In this document: positions 47,921 to 56,959 of the stretch, piece after piece
How the letters are laid out: each line of letters begins with the position of its first letter
How positions within the stretch are numbered: position 1 is the first letter of the stretch
Source: Bacillota bacterium
Lineage (GTDB): Bacteria > Bacillota_I > Bacilli_A > RF39 > UBA660
DNA length: 64,000 nt
Direction: 5' to 3'
Assembly (NCBI GenBank): GCA_015059445.1
Contig: SVAK01000003.1
Location: forward strand, 55,058 to 119,057
The notes under the pieces: model-generated
What the model saw: only the letters and a program-made list of their open reading frames with translations
What the model was told of the DNA's origin: nothing
Database searches by the model: none
Translations under genes and position numbers: made by a program

Positions 47921-49882
47921 ATGAAAAAGATTAGTGTTATTTTAGTGTATCTTATTAGTTTTATATATATGGAATGTCTATATAAAATATTTATTTATGA
48001 TAGTATATTTAGATTATCCATTATTAATATGTTATTATTTTTAATTCCTTTTAGTTTATTGCTGGGGATACTTACTAAATTAATAAAGGATTCTAAATGG
48101 AATAAAGTTGTATTTATCGTAATTATGAGTGTTATAGCAGTATGGTTTAGCGCTCAATATGTTGTCAAAGATTATTTTGATTTTTATATATCATTATCTA
48201 CTTTTGAAGTTGCAGATCAAGTAGGAGATTTTTTTGACAAATGTGTCATTGAAACATTGAAAAGATTACCAGTAATAATATTATTTTTCTTGCCCTTAAT
48301 ATTAAGCGTTATACTTAATAAGTATATAAATTTTAAACAAAATAATTGGAAAAAGAATATAGCTTTATTATGTATAGTATTATTTAGTTATGCCTTTTAT
48401 ATTTTAGGGCTAAATGTAGGTAAAAATAATTCTATTTCGTCATATGCATTATATTATAATATTAACGATGTCTCACTTAATATGGAAAATTTTGGAATAA
48501 TAAATACATTTATTATAGATACAAAACGAGCAGTTTTAGGCTTTGAAGATAAAATAATCATGAACAATGGATTAAATGATAATAGCCAAAATGCAGAAAA
48601 TAATAATGGAGAAGTTGTAGCACCTATAGTCTATGAATATAATAATTTAGACATTGATTTTGAGTCGTTAATTGCTAACGAATCAAATAAAACAATAAAG
48701 CAACTACACGAATATTTTAATAGTGATACTGGCACTTTAAAAAATGAATATACTGGAATATTTGAAGGGAAAAATTTAATATTATTTATGGCAGAAAGCT
48801 ATAATGAAATTGCAGTCAACAAGGAATTAACTCCAACATTATATAAACTTGTTAATAGCGGTTTTGTTTTTGAAAATTTTTATACGCCAACAATTTATAG
48901 TACTATTGGTGGAGAATTTCAAGAATTAACCGGGCTGTATGCTCAATCAACTAGTATTCTTTCAAAATTTAGAAGCGGTAAGATATCTTTTCCTCAAGGA
49001 GTTGCTAATAAGTTTAAAGAAATAGAGTATAACACTTATGCATATCATAACAATGCTTATTCGTTTCAAGATCGAAATAAATATTTAAAAAGTATGGGCT
49101 TTGATAATTATAAAGGGTGTTATAATGGATTGGAAAAATTAATTAATTGTAAAGAGTGGCCTCAAAGTGATGTGGCAATGATTAATGCTACTGTAGATGA
49201 TTATATTAATGACGATAACTTTATGGTATTCTATGCATCAGTATCAGGACATTCGTCATATGGTTTTAGTAGTAATGCTGCATCTAAACGTAACAAAGAA
49301 GAATATATGAAAGCAGGTCTTTCATATTCTGAAAGACCTGCTGCATATATTGCAGCTCAAATGGAATTAGATAAAGCTTTGGAATCCTTGATCAAAAAGT
49401 TAGATGAAGCTGGTAAGCTAGAGGATACTGTTATAGCGTTGGTTGGAGATCATTATCCGTATGAGTTAACCATAGATGAAATTAACGAAGTTAGTACTTA
49501 TAAAAAGGATTCTGTAGTTACCGTAAATAAAAGTAATTTTATTTTATGGAATAGTGAAATGGATACTATTAAAGTATCTAAAGTAGGTAGCCAACTAGAT
49601 GTTATTCCGACAATTTATAATACTTTTGGTATTAATTATGATTCTCGTTTGTTTATTGGAAAAGATATTTTAAGTACCGAGGGTGGCCTTGCTATGTTTG
49701 GTAATCGTTCTTGGGTAACGGATAAAGGGACTTACTTTGCTGCTAGTGGTAAATTTGTCCCAGTAGATGGAGTAGATGTTTCGGAAGATTATGTGAAAAA
49801 TATTAATCAAATAGTTAATAATAAAATTACTATGAGTAAATTAATTATAGAAAAAAATTATTATGAAAAAGTATTGAATTAG
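47921..49882 (+). CDS. ltaS: LtaS-family lipoteichoic acid synthase / sulfatase-domain membrane protein
   Basis: It has a 5-TM N-terminus and an extracellular alkaline-phosphatase-superfamily domain. The start is taken at the ATG at 47921 (MKKISVILVY...); the track's 47855 start would include a terminator-like hairpin. Confidence 0.7.
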   Translation: MKKISVILVYLISFIYMECLYKIFIYDSIFRLSIINMLLFLIPFSLLLGILTKLIKDSKWNKVVFIVIMSVIAVWFSAQYVVKDYFDFYISLSTFEVADQVGDFFDKCVIETLKRLPVIILFFLPLILSVILNKYINFKQNNWKKNIALLCIVLFSYAFYILGLNVGKNNSISSYALYYNINDVSLNMENFGIINTFIIDTKRAVLGFEDKIIMNNGLNDNSQNAENNNGEVVAPIVYEYNNLDIDFESLIANESNKTIKQLHEYFNSDTGTLKNEYTGIFEGKNLILFMAESYNEIAVNKELTPTLYKLVNSGFVFENFYTPTIYSTIGGEFQELTGLYAQSTSILSKFRSGKISFPQGVANKFKEIEYNTYAYHNNAYSFQDRNKYLKSMGFDNYKGCYNGLEKLINCKEWPQSDVAMINATVDDYINDDNFMVFYASVSGHSSYGFSSNAASKRNKEEYMKAGLSYSERPAAYIAAQMELDKALESLIKKLDEAGKLEDTVIALVGDHYPYELTIDEINEVSTYKKDSVVTVNKSNFILWNSEMDTIKVSKVGSQLDVIPTIYNTFGINYDSRLFIGKDILSTEGGLAMFGNRSWVTDKGTYFAASGKFVPVDGVDVSEDYVKNINQIVNNKITMSKLIIEKNYYEKVLN

Positions 49883-49910
49883 AAGAAATGAAAAAAATCA
49901 TTTCTTTTTA
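49883..49910 (+). terminator. Terminator after ltaS
   Basis: Stem GAAATGA/TCATTTC with loop AAAAAA, followed by a T5 run. Confidence 0.7.
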
Positions 49911-50001
49911 TGTGCTAAGATATGAGTCAAGAAGAATGGGCTTTAGAATAAAACTTTTAGCTCCAAATTATGTTTTAAATAAAAAGAACTTAGTTAGTTC
50001 T

Positions 50002-51528
50002 TTAAAATGGTATTTTTATTAAATTCTTTTGTTTTAACTTTTCTAGCTTACTTTCAATAGATTTTTTTATTTTGTCATTGTATTGAGGGTGATTTTCTAT
50101 CCGAGTTTTATAATGATTAATTTTATTTAATATTTCATTTGTTTTGTTATTTAAATATTTTTCATAATATATATATAATAATTCTTCTAAAGATTCTATT
50201 AAAGTATTTGAATGTTCAAAATATTCAATTGCCTTTTCAATATCTTTTAGTGTATGCGTTTCTAAATCTCCATCTAAATAATAATATTTTGCAATATTAT
50301 AATAAGCCCATATTGTTTTTTCGGTGGTACTGCTTTCTAATGCTTTTTTATAGTATTCTAACGCTTCTTGTTTTTTATTTTCCTTTCTTTTGTATTCTCC
50401 AATTTTGTTGCAAGCATAACTTTCATTTAAATTAGCGCTTTTTATAAAAAACTTGTATGCATTATTATAATCATTTTGAGATTCATAATATATTCCTAAA
50501 TTATTTAAAGCATAAACATAATTTTTATTGGCGGCTTCTTTAAACAATTTTAATGCTTTATCTAAATTTTTATTTACACCTAAGCCTTTTTTATAGCATA
50601 ATCCTAATGAATTAATTGCCGCAACATTCCCAAGAGATTTAGCTTTTTCAAAATATTTAATAGCTTCTTTAAAATCAGTGTGTTTTTTGCTACCTATTTT
50701 TCCTTTAATAATCATATTGCCAATCATCCAACAAGCTGATGGATGATTATTATTGGCAGAAGCAATAAAATATTCATAAGCTTTGTCATATCGAGGACAA
50801 CCGCTGAATTCACCTCGATATTCCATAACTGCTAAACGATAATTAGCATATGCGTTGCCGTCGTTAGCAAGGTTTCTTAAAGAGTGACTAAAGTTAATTC
50901 CTTCGTTCAATTCTAAAATAAGAAAATTTTGCAAATCGATAACTGAAATATCTGTGTTTTGTAGAATAGTCTCCACCATATTTTGGGTTTGTTCATTTTC
51001 ATATAATGGTTGTTTTTTATCTAAAATAGCATAAAGTAGTAGTTCACTAAATAAATGATAATATTTTTCTAATTTTAATAATTTTCTAAATTTTGTAATG
51101 TTTTCTTTTGGGACATATAAATCGTTCTTACTAACGTTATATAATTTGGTACATACGTTTTTTAAATTGCTATTTGTATTTATAGATTCAATGTTTTTTA
51201 AATCATAAATAGAACCATTTATAATAGTCAAAATATTACAAATTATATTAACAAAACTATTCTCATCTTTTTTGTATTTTTTTTTGAGATTAATATAGAT
51301 TTGTTTGTAATCATTTCCAATGCTTCTAGAACCAATGCAGTAATTGTTTACTGTTGATTCATTAATGTAATCCAAATTGAATAAAGCACAAAAAACTTCG
51401 CTTTGTATAGCGGAACTTTTATTTTTGCTTTCATCTTTTATGGCATTAATAATATTTCCGATAGATAAATGGCTGTAATTATCGTTTAATTTAATATACT
51501 TTCTCTTCATGTCTATATTATAACACAA
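50002..51528 (-). CDS. Sel1/TPR-repeat protein
   Basis: 508 aa. The C-terminal two-thirds consist of tandem Sel1-like repeats of the form ...A..YF.KAA..G...A.N.LG..Y..G.GV.KN...A. The N-terminal ~200 aa are unassigned. A minus-strand terminator hairpin lies at 49984-50002. Confidence 0.7.
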   Translation of the reverse strand: MCYNIDMKRKYIKLNDNYSHLSIGNIINAIKDESKNKSSAIQSEVFCALFNLDYINESTVNNYCIGSRSIGNDYKQIYINLKKKYKKDENSFVNIICNILTIINGSIYDLKNIESINTNSNLKNVCTKLYNVSKNDLYVPKENITKFRKLLKLEKYYHLFSELLLYAILDKKQPLYENEQTQNMVETILQNTDISVIDLQNFLILELNEGINFSHSLRNLANDGNAYANYRLAVMEYRGEFSGCPRYDKAYEYFIASANNNHPSACWMIGNMIIKGKIGSKKHTDFKEAIKYFEKAKSLGNVAAINSLGLCYKKGLGVNKNLDKALKLFKEAANKNYVYALNNLGIYYESQNDYNNAYKFFIKSANLNESYACNKIGEYKRKENKKQEALEYYKKALESSTTEKTIWAYYNIAKYYYLDGDLETHTLKDIEKAIEYFEHSNTLIESLEELLYIYYEKYLNNKTNEILNKINHYKTRIENHPQYNDKIKKSIESKLEKLKQKNLIKIPF

Positions 51529-51625
51529 AAGTGAGTGAACGTTGAGTGCAAATTAAAATTGATGAGTATTTGTGAAAGTGTATTTATTCAATTTTTTTTA
51601 ATATACTTTTTTTAGGAGGAATAAA

Positions 51626-52858
51626 ATGAAGAAAATATTTAAAAATTATAAGAGCACCATTATTTTACTTGGCTCAATAATTTTAGGGGGAATTATTGGT
51701 TTAATTTTTGGAGAAAAAGCTGCAGTACTAAGTCCTTTAGGAGATATTTTTATTAATCTAATGTTTGTAGTTATAGTGCCGCTTATCTTTTTAACTGTTA
51801 CAACTGCCATAATTAAAATGGAAAGCCCTAAAAGACTTGGTAAAATTATGAGTAGAATTGTTATTGTATTCATAATTATGTCAGTAATTTCTGCTTTAAT
51901 TGGCGTAGTCTCAACTTATGCTGTTAAACTTGTGGATAATAAAAACACATCAAGTATTTTGGAATTATTAGATGAAGAAACAGTCATTGATACAGATTTG
52001 TCAATATTAGAAAGAACTGCTAGTTTACTTACGGCAGGTGATTTTAACACCCTTTTAAGCAAAGATAGTATCATAGCTTTATTAGTATTCTCAATTATTT
52101 TTGCTTTGGCTGTTAGAAAAAGTAAAGAGAAGGGAGAAACAGTTACTAAAATACTGTTTAGTTTAAATGAGGTTGTATTAAATTTTGTTAATATTATAAT
52201 GTATTATGCTCCGATTGGCTTAGGTTGTTATTTTGCTACGTTAATTGGAACCTATGGAGAAAGTATAGCAGTAGGTTTTTTAAAAACATTTGTAATTTAC
52301 ACAATAGTATGTGTGTTTGTATATGTTGTAGTTTATTCAGTATATGCATTAATTGCAGGTGGAAAAAAAGGATTAAAAGCTTATTGGAAAAATATTGTTC
52401 CCCCAACAATTACAGCACTTGCAACTTGTTCATCTGCAGCATGTATTCCTGTAAATGTAAAAGCATCTAAAGACGTTGGTGTATCTGATGATATTGCTGA
52501 AACAACTATTCCAATGGGAACTAGTTTTCATAAAGATGGTTCAGTCATAGGTAGTGTATTTAAAATTATGTTTTTAGTGAATTTATTTAATATGAATCCA
52601 TCAATATGGACAGTTTTAGGAGTTTCAATATTAGCCACTTTATTAGTAACTGCGGTTCCAGTTGGTGGCGGAACTATTTCCGAAATGTTTATAATAACAC
52701 TTATGGGCTTCCCGGCGGGTTCTTTACCAATACTAACAATTATTGCTACTGTAATTGATGCCCCAGCAACTGTGTTGAACGTGGTAGGAGATACAGCCAG
52801 TTCTATGTTAGTAGGGAGAATGGTTGATGGTAAAAAATTTTTAAAAAAGAATAAATAA
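51626..52858 (+). CDS. Dicarboxylate/amino acid:cation symporter (GltP/DAACS family)
   Basis: 410 aa with a re-entrant-loop transporter topology. The segment TALATCSSAACIPVNV and the C-terminal GDT...VGR region are typical of GltP-family carriers. Confidence 0.75.
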   Translation: MKKIFKNYKSTIILLGSIILGGIIGLIFGEKAAVLSPLGDIFINLMFVVIVPLIFLTVTTAIIKMESPKRLGKIMSRIVIVFIIMSVISALIGVVSTYAVKLVDNKNTSSILELLDEETVIDTDLSILERTASLLTAGDFNTLLSKDSIIALLVFSIIFALAVRKSKEKGETVTKILFSLNEVVLNFVNIIMYYAPIGLGCYFATLIGTYGESIAVGFLKTFVIYTIVCVFVYVVVYSVYALIAGGKKGLKAYWKNIVPPTITALATCSSAACIPVNVKASKDVGVSDDIAETTIPMGTSFHKDGSVIGSVFKIMFLVNLFNMNPSIWTVLGVSILATLLVTAVPVGGGTISEMFIITLMGFPAGSLPILTIIATVIDAPATVLNVVGDTASSMLVGRMVDGKKFLKKNK

Positions 52859-52885
52859 AAGAGATTAATTTCTCTTTTTATTTTT
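52858..52885 (+). terminator. Terminator after the symporter gene
   Basis: Stem AAAGAG/CTCTTT with loop ATTAATTT, followed by a T-run. Confidence 0.55.
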
Positions 52886-52938
52886 CTATAAATATAGAAA
52901 TAAAGATCAAAATTTAGTAAAATTAAATTGGTGATAAT

Positions 52939-53310
52939 ATGAAGTTTAAATTTAAGCCAGAAAAAAGCAATTTGTTTTTAATGACATCAATAATATTTTT
53001 GCTATTTATAACATGTATTTTTTGGTTAATTATAAAAGAATATATATTTTTTTCTGTTTATATAATGTTAACTGTAATAATTGCTCATATTTATTATTTT
53101 ACTAGTTATTTTATAGAAGCAAAATATTTTGTGACAAAATTAGGTTTTATAAAAATCAAAATTAAATATAGTGATATTAGAAAAATTGAGGATATGCAAG
53201 AGAAGGTGAAAATTAGCCTAAAATCTTTTAGTTTTTATGTTTATCCTAGAAATAAAGATATTTTTGTTGCAAAGTTAAATAGTAAAATTGACAAACAAAA
53301 ATTCGCATAA
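52939..53310 (+). CDS. Small membrane protein, bacterial PH (YdbS-like) type
   Basis: 123 aa with two N-terminal TM helices and a beta-rich C-terminus. Confidence 0.4.
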   Translation: MKFKFKPEKSNLFLMTSIIFLLFITCIFWLIIKEYIFFSVYIMLTVIIAHIYYFTSYFIEAKYFVTKLGFIKIKIKYSDIRKIEDMQEKVKISLKSFSFYVYPRNKDIFVAKLNSKIDKQKFA

Positions 53311-53340
53311 TATAATATTAAAAAATAAGAGGTGTTAAAT

Positions 53341-54444
53341 ATGGAATATATAATTATTGGTTTACTTGTAGTGGTAATTATTCTTTTAATTGTTATTTTA
53401 GCAAAAAATAATGGTAGCAAAGATATGATAGAAAGAATGGGAAGATTAGATACAAGTATTACTAAAGAGATTGGAGAATTTAAATTAAATTTTAGTAAAG
53501 ATTTACGTGGGGATTTTGAAGTTTTAAATAGTAAAATTGAGTATAAATTAAATTTAATTAGTGATAGAGTTAATAGCCAGCTTAATGAAAATTTTGAAAA
53601 AAGTAATAAGACTTTTATGAATGTTTTAGAAAGATTGAATAAAATAGATGAAGCTCAAAAGAAAATAGATGGACTCAATTCAGAAATAGTTTCTCTTCAA
53701 AGTGTATTAACAGATAAAAAGACTAGAGGAACTTTTGGAGAGGTTAATTTAGAATATATTTTAAATAATGCTTTTGGCCCTTCATCAAGTGGTGTTTATA
53801 GTATTCAACATAAAATGAGTAATGGTAGTATAGCAGATTGTATATTGTATGCACCAGCACCTTTAGGTACTATTGCAATCGATAGTAAATTTCCTTTAGA
53901 AGATTATCAAAAAATGGTTGATAAAAATAGAACTAGAGAAGAACGAGCTATTTTTGAAAAAAATTTTGTCATGGATGTAAAAAAACATATTAATGATATT
54001 TCTGAAAAATATATTATTCCAGGTGAAACTAGTAATGAAGCAATTATGTTTTTACCAGCTGAAGCTATATTTGCAGAAATTAATGCGTATCACCCAGAGC
54101 TTATTAATTATGCATATTCAAAAAGAGTTTGGATTACTGGTCCAACTACTTTAATTAGTACATTATCAATTATTAGTATGATTTTAAAAAATATGGAAAG
54201 AGATAAATATGCTCAAATAATTCATGAGGAATTAGACAAATTAGGGGTGGAATTTGGACGTTATAAAGATAGATGGGATAAGTTATCCAGAAGTGTTAAA
54301 TCGGTTAATCAAAGTTTAGATGAATTACATACAACTACTGAGAAAATTACTAAAAGATTTCAAAGTATTAAAAATGCAGAAATTGACAAATTAAAACATG
54401 ATGAAGCATTAAAATTAGAATATGATGCTGAGGAGTTGGAATAA
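53341..54444 (+). CDS. rmuC: DNA recombination protein RmuC
   Basis: It has an N-terminal TM helix and a long coiled coil, then the RmuC C-terminal nuclease-like domain. The ATG at 53341 follows AGAGGTG. Confidence 0.75.
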   Translation: MEYIIIGLLVVVIILLIVILAKNNGSKDMIERMGRLDTSITKEIGEFKLNFSKDLRGDFEVLNSKIEYKLNLISDRVNSQLNENFEKSNKTFMNVLERLNKIDEAQKKIDGLNSEIVSLQSVLTDKKTRGTFGEVNLEYILNNAFGPSSSGVYSIQHKMSNGSIADCILYAPAPLGTIAIDSKFPLEDYQKMVDKNRTREERAIFEKNFVMDVKKHINDISEKYIIPGETSNEAIMFLPAEAIFAEINAYHPELINYAYSKRVWITGPTTLISTLSIISMILKNMERDKYAQIIHEELDKLGVEFGRYKDRWDKLSRSVKSVNQSLDELHTTTEKITKRFQSIKNAEIDKLKHDEALKLEYDAEELE

Positions 54445-55049
54445 TGAAAATATATTTAATCAGTAATAATTTGTTATTAGATGGTTTAAGTTATGATAGT
54501 AGTGCGAATTTAGAATTAATTAGAATGATTAGACCTTTAAGTGTAAATGGAGAACAAGCATCAAAAAAAATAAGTGAAATGAAAGAATTTCAAAATATCG
54601 AAAAAATATATTCTAGTTTTCATAGTACTACTTTAAGTGCAGCTAAATATTTAAGCAATAAACTAGAATTACCAATCAATATGGATGAAAGATTAAATGA
54701 TTGTAAAGTAGGAATTCTAGGTAGTAAAAACATAAAAATGGTAAAAGGATTACAAGATCATGAATTTTCTTATAAATTACCTAGTGGAGAATCTTTAAAC
54801 GATGTTGGTAATCGAATAAATAATTTTATAAAAGAGGTTTGTAGTAAAAGTGAAGAATGTGTAATCTTATCTCATAAGAGGGCTATTTTAGGTTTTTTGC
54901 TAAAGCATTCTAAAGTTGGTTATAATTTAGATGATAATTTGATTTTGGAATATAATGGTAAGCTTATTTATGATGATAGTGAATCGGATATAGATATATA
55001 TGAATTAACTATAGAAAACCGAGAAATAGTAGACGTTAATAAATTATAA
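54444..55049 (+). CDS. Histidine-phosphatase (PGM/SixA)-like protein with a degenerate catalytic motif
   Basis: The start overlaps the rmuC stop (TAATG). The segments PLSVNGEQASKKISE and ILSHKRAILGFL match the family, but the N-terminal RHG motif is replaced by LISNN. Confidence 0.5.
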   Translation: MKIYLISNNLLLDGLSYDSSANLELIRMIRPLSVNGEQASKKISEMKEFQNIEKIYSSFHSTTLSAAKYLSNKLELPINMDERLNDCKVGILGSKNIKMVKGLQDHEFSYKLPSGESLNDVGNRINNFIKEVCSKSEECVILSHKRAILGFLLKHSKVGYNLDDNLILEYNGKLIYDDSESDIDIYELTIENREIVDVNKL

Positions 55050-55057
55050 AGCAAACA

Positions 55058-55085
55058 AAAAGTACAAGTGAAATTGTACTTTTTA
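55058..55085. terminator. Terminator following the rmuC operon
   Basis: Stem AAAGTACAA/TTGTACTTT with loop GTGAAAT, followed by a T-run. Confidence 0.65.
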
Positions 55086-55125
55086 TTTGATCAGACTGTT
55101 GACAAGCGACAGTTTGAAATCTTCC

Positions 55126-55341
55126 TTATGTAGGAAGATTTGTTTGTTCTTCAGTGTCAATTGTTAACCATTCTGTTGTTCCACAAGTAGTGCATATTTG
55201 AGGGACTAACACTTTTTTTCCTTTGGGTAAATCTATTTTTTTCTCTAAAGTTACACAAAGCATTCCAGATTCTTCATCAATATAACAACGACCTTGAATT
55301 TGTGTTTCTTGACACTTATTGCATCCTGGTTTTTTCATCAT
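55126..55341 (-). CDS. Small zinc-ribbon protein
   Basis: 71 aa with the paired CxxC motifs CNKC...CTTC plus two extra Cys. GGTGA lies immediately before the ATG. Confidence 0.45.
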   Translation of the reverse strand: MMKKPGCNKCQETQIQGRCYIDEESGMLCVTLEKKIDLPKGKKVLVPQICTTCGTTEWLTIDTEEQTNLPT

Positions 55342-55419
55342 ATCACCAATTTTATTATGTGTAAAATGACTATAATTATTCTTTTAAATAAGGTATAATT
55401 AATATGAGGTGTTATTCAA

Positions 55420-55980
55420 ATGGAATATAGTATTAATGCAAGAATTAGTAATCGTCATGTTCATTTGACAAAAGAAATGTATGATTTGTTATTTGATGGA
55501 GAAATGACTAAGAAAAATGATTTAAGTCAAATTGGAGAATTTTCATCTAATCAAGTTGTAACAATTAAAAATGGAGATAAAGAAATCAAGAATGTAAGAG
55601 TTTTGGGACCGCTTAGAAATTATACTCAGATAGAAGTTTCTAAAAAAGATGCTCGAACTTTAGGGATTAATCCACCAGTAAGAAGAAGCGGTGATTTAGA
55701 AAATTCTGAAAAAGTTACATTAGTAACAGAGAAAAATGAAGTTGAAACTAATGGCGTAATTATCTCTCAAAGACACATTCATATGAATAAAGAAGATGCG
55801 AGTAAATTTGGCGTTGAAGATAGACAATTAGTTCAAATAAAAGTGAATGGCGATAAAAGTGGCATAATGGATGCTGAAGTTAAAATAAGTGAGAATGGAG
55901 TTTTTGAACTTCATATTGATACTGATGATGCTTGTGCATTTTTATTAGAAGATTATGATAAGGTAACAATGATAGTATGA
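55420..55980 (+). CDS. pduL: PduL-type phosphate acyltransferase
   Basis: It has two PduL repeats carrying ISNRHVHL and ISQRHIHM. 186 aa. Confidence 0.7.
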   Translation: MEYSINARISNRHVHLTKEMYDLLFDGEMTKKNDLSQIGEFSSNQVVTIKNGDKEIKNVRVLGPLRNYTQIEVSKKDARTLGINPPVRRSGDLENSEKVTLVTEKNEVETNGVIISQRHIHMNKEDASKFGVEDRQLVQIKVNGDKSGIMDAEVKISENGVFELHIDTDDACAFLLEDYDKVTMIV

Positions 55981-56957
55981 AATTTTTTATTGGAAATGTA
56001 GAAATTAAAAACCAAATTATTTTAGCTCCGATGGCAGGGATTACTAGTACGACTTTTAGACGTATTTGTAAAAATATGGGTGCAGGGTTAGTAGTAGCAG
56101 AAATGGTTTCAGATAAAGCACTAATATATGAGTCAAAAAAAACTTATGAATTATTAAAAATGGATGAATCGGAAAGGCCAATTTCTCAACAAATTTTTGG
56201 TGGTGAAGCCGAAACAATGGCAAGTGCTGCGAAAATAATTGAAGAATATATGCATCCAGATATAATTGATATTAATATGGGATGTCCTGTTCCAAAAGTA
56301 GCTGTTAAAAATAATGCTGGAAGTAATTTATTAAAGACACCAGATAGGGTTAGGGAAATAGTTAAAGCAGTAGTTAGTGCTGTATCAGTTCCTGTAACTG
56401 TTAAAATAAGAATTGGTTGGGATGAACTTAGTATTAATGCTACAGAAATAGCTAAAATTTGTGAAGAAGCGGGAGCAAGTGCTATTTTTGTTCACGGCAG
56501 AACAAGAAAACAAGGATACTCAGGTGAAGCAAATTGGAATGTTATTAAAGATGTTGTGAATGCTGTATCTATTCCAGTTATTGGTAATGGTGATGTTAAG
56601 TCTTGCTATGATGCTGAAAAAATGTTAAAAGATACTGGATGTGCTGCTGTAATGATTGGGCGTGCAGCTTTAGGTAATCCATGGCTAATTAAAGAGTGTG
56701 TAGAGTATTTAGAAGCTGGAACTAAACCACAAGAAGTAACATTAAAAGAAAAATTAGATATGATGCGATACAATATTGAAGAATTGGTTAATGATAAAAA
56801 TGAAGTAGTAGGAGTTCTAGAAATGCGTACTCAACTAATGTATTATTTGAAAGGCATGCCTAATACTAAAAATTTAAAATTAGCGATATGCAAAGCAAAT
56901 AGCAAAGCTGAATTAATGAAAATACTAGATGAATATGAGAAAGAAGTAATGGAGTAA
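55977..56957 (+). CDS. dus: tRNA-dihydrouridine synthase
   Basis: TIM-barrel Dus motifs LAPMAGITSTTFR and NMGCP with a catalytic Cys. 326 aa. Confidence 0.88.
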   Translation: MKFFIGNVEIKNQIILAPMAGITSTTFRRICKNMGAGLVVAEMVSDKALIYESKKTYELLKMDESERPISQQIFGGEAETMASAAKIIEEYMHPDIIDINMGCPVPKVAVKNNAGSNLLKTPDRVREIVKAVVSAVSVPVTVKIRIGWDELSINATEIAKICEEAGASAIFVHGRTRKQGYSGEANWNVIKDVVNAVSIPVIGNGDVKSCYDAEKMLKDTGCAAVMIGRAALGNPWLIKECVEYLEAGTKPQEVTLKEKLDMMRYNIEELVNDKNEVVGVLEMRTQLMYYLKGMPNTKNLKLAICKANSKAELMKILDEYEKEVME

Positions 56958-56959
56958 GA

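Noticed and set aside
52225-52470. 81-aa Cys-rich same-strand ORF inside the GltP-type transporter gene
   Set aside because: It is an alternative frame of a conserved transporter, and the Cys enrichment comes from TGT/TGC codons in that frame. No start context.
55118-55143. 9-bp hairpin AAATCTTCC...GGAAGATTT near the end of the Zn-ribbon gene
   Set aside because: It lies inside the coding sequence (the 3' end of the minus-strand gene) without a following U-run on either strand, so it is likely coincidental.
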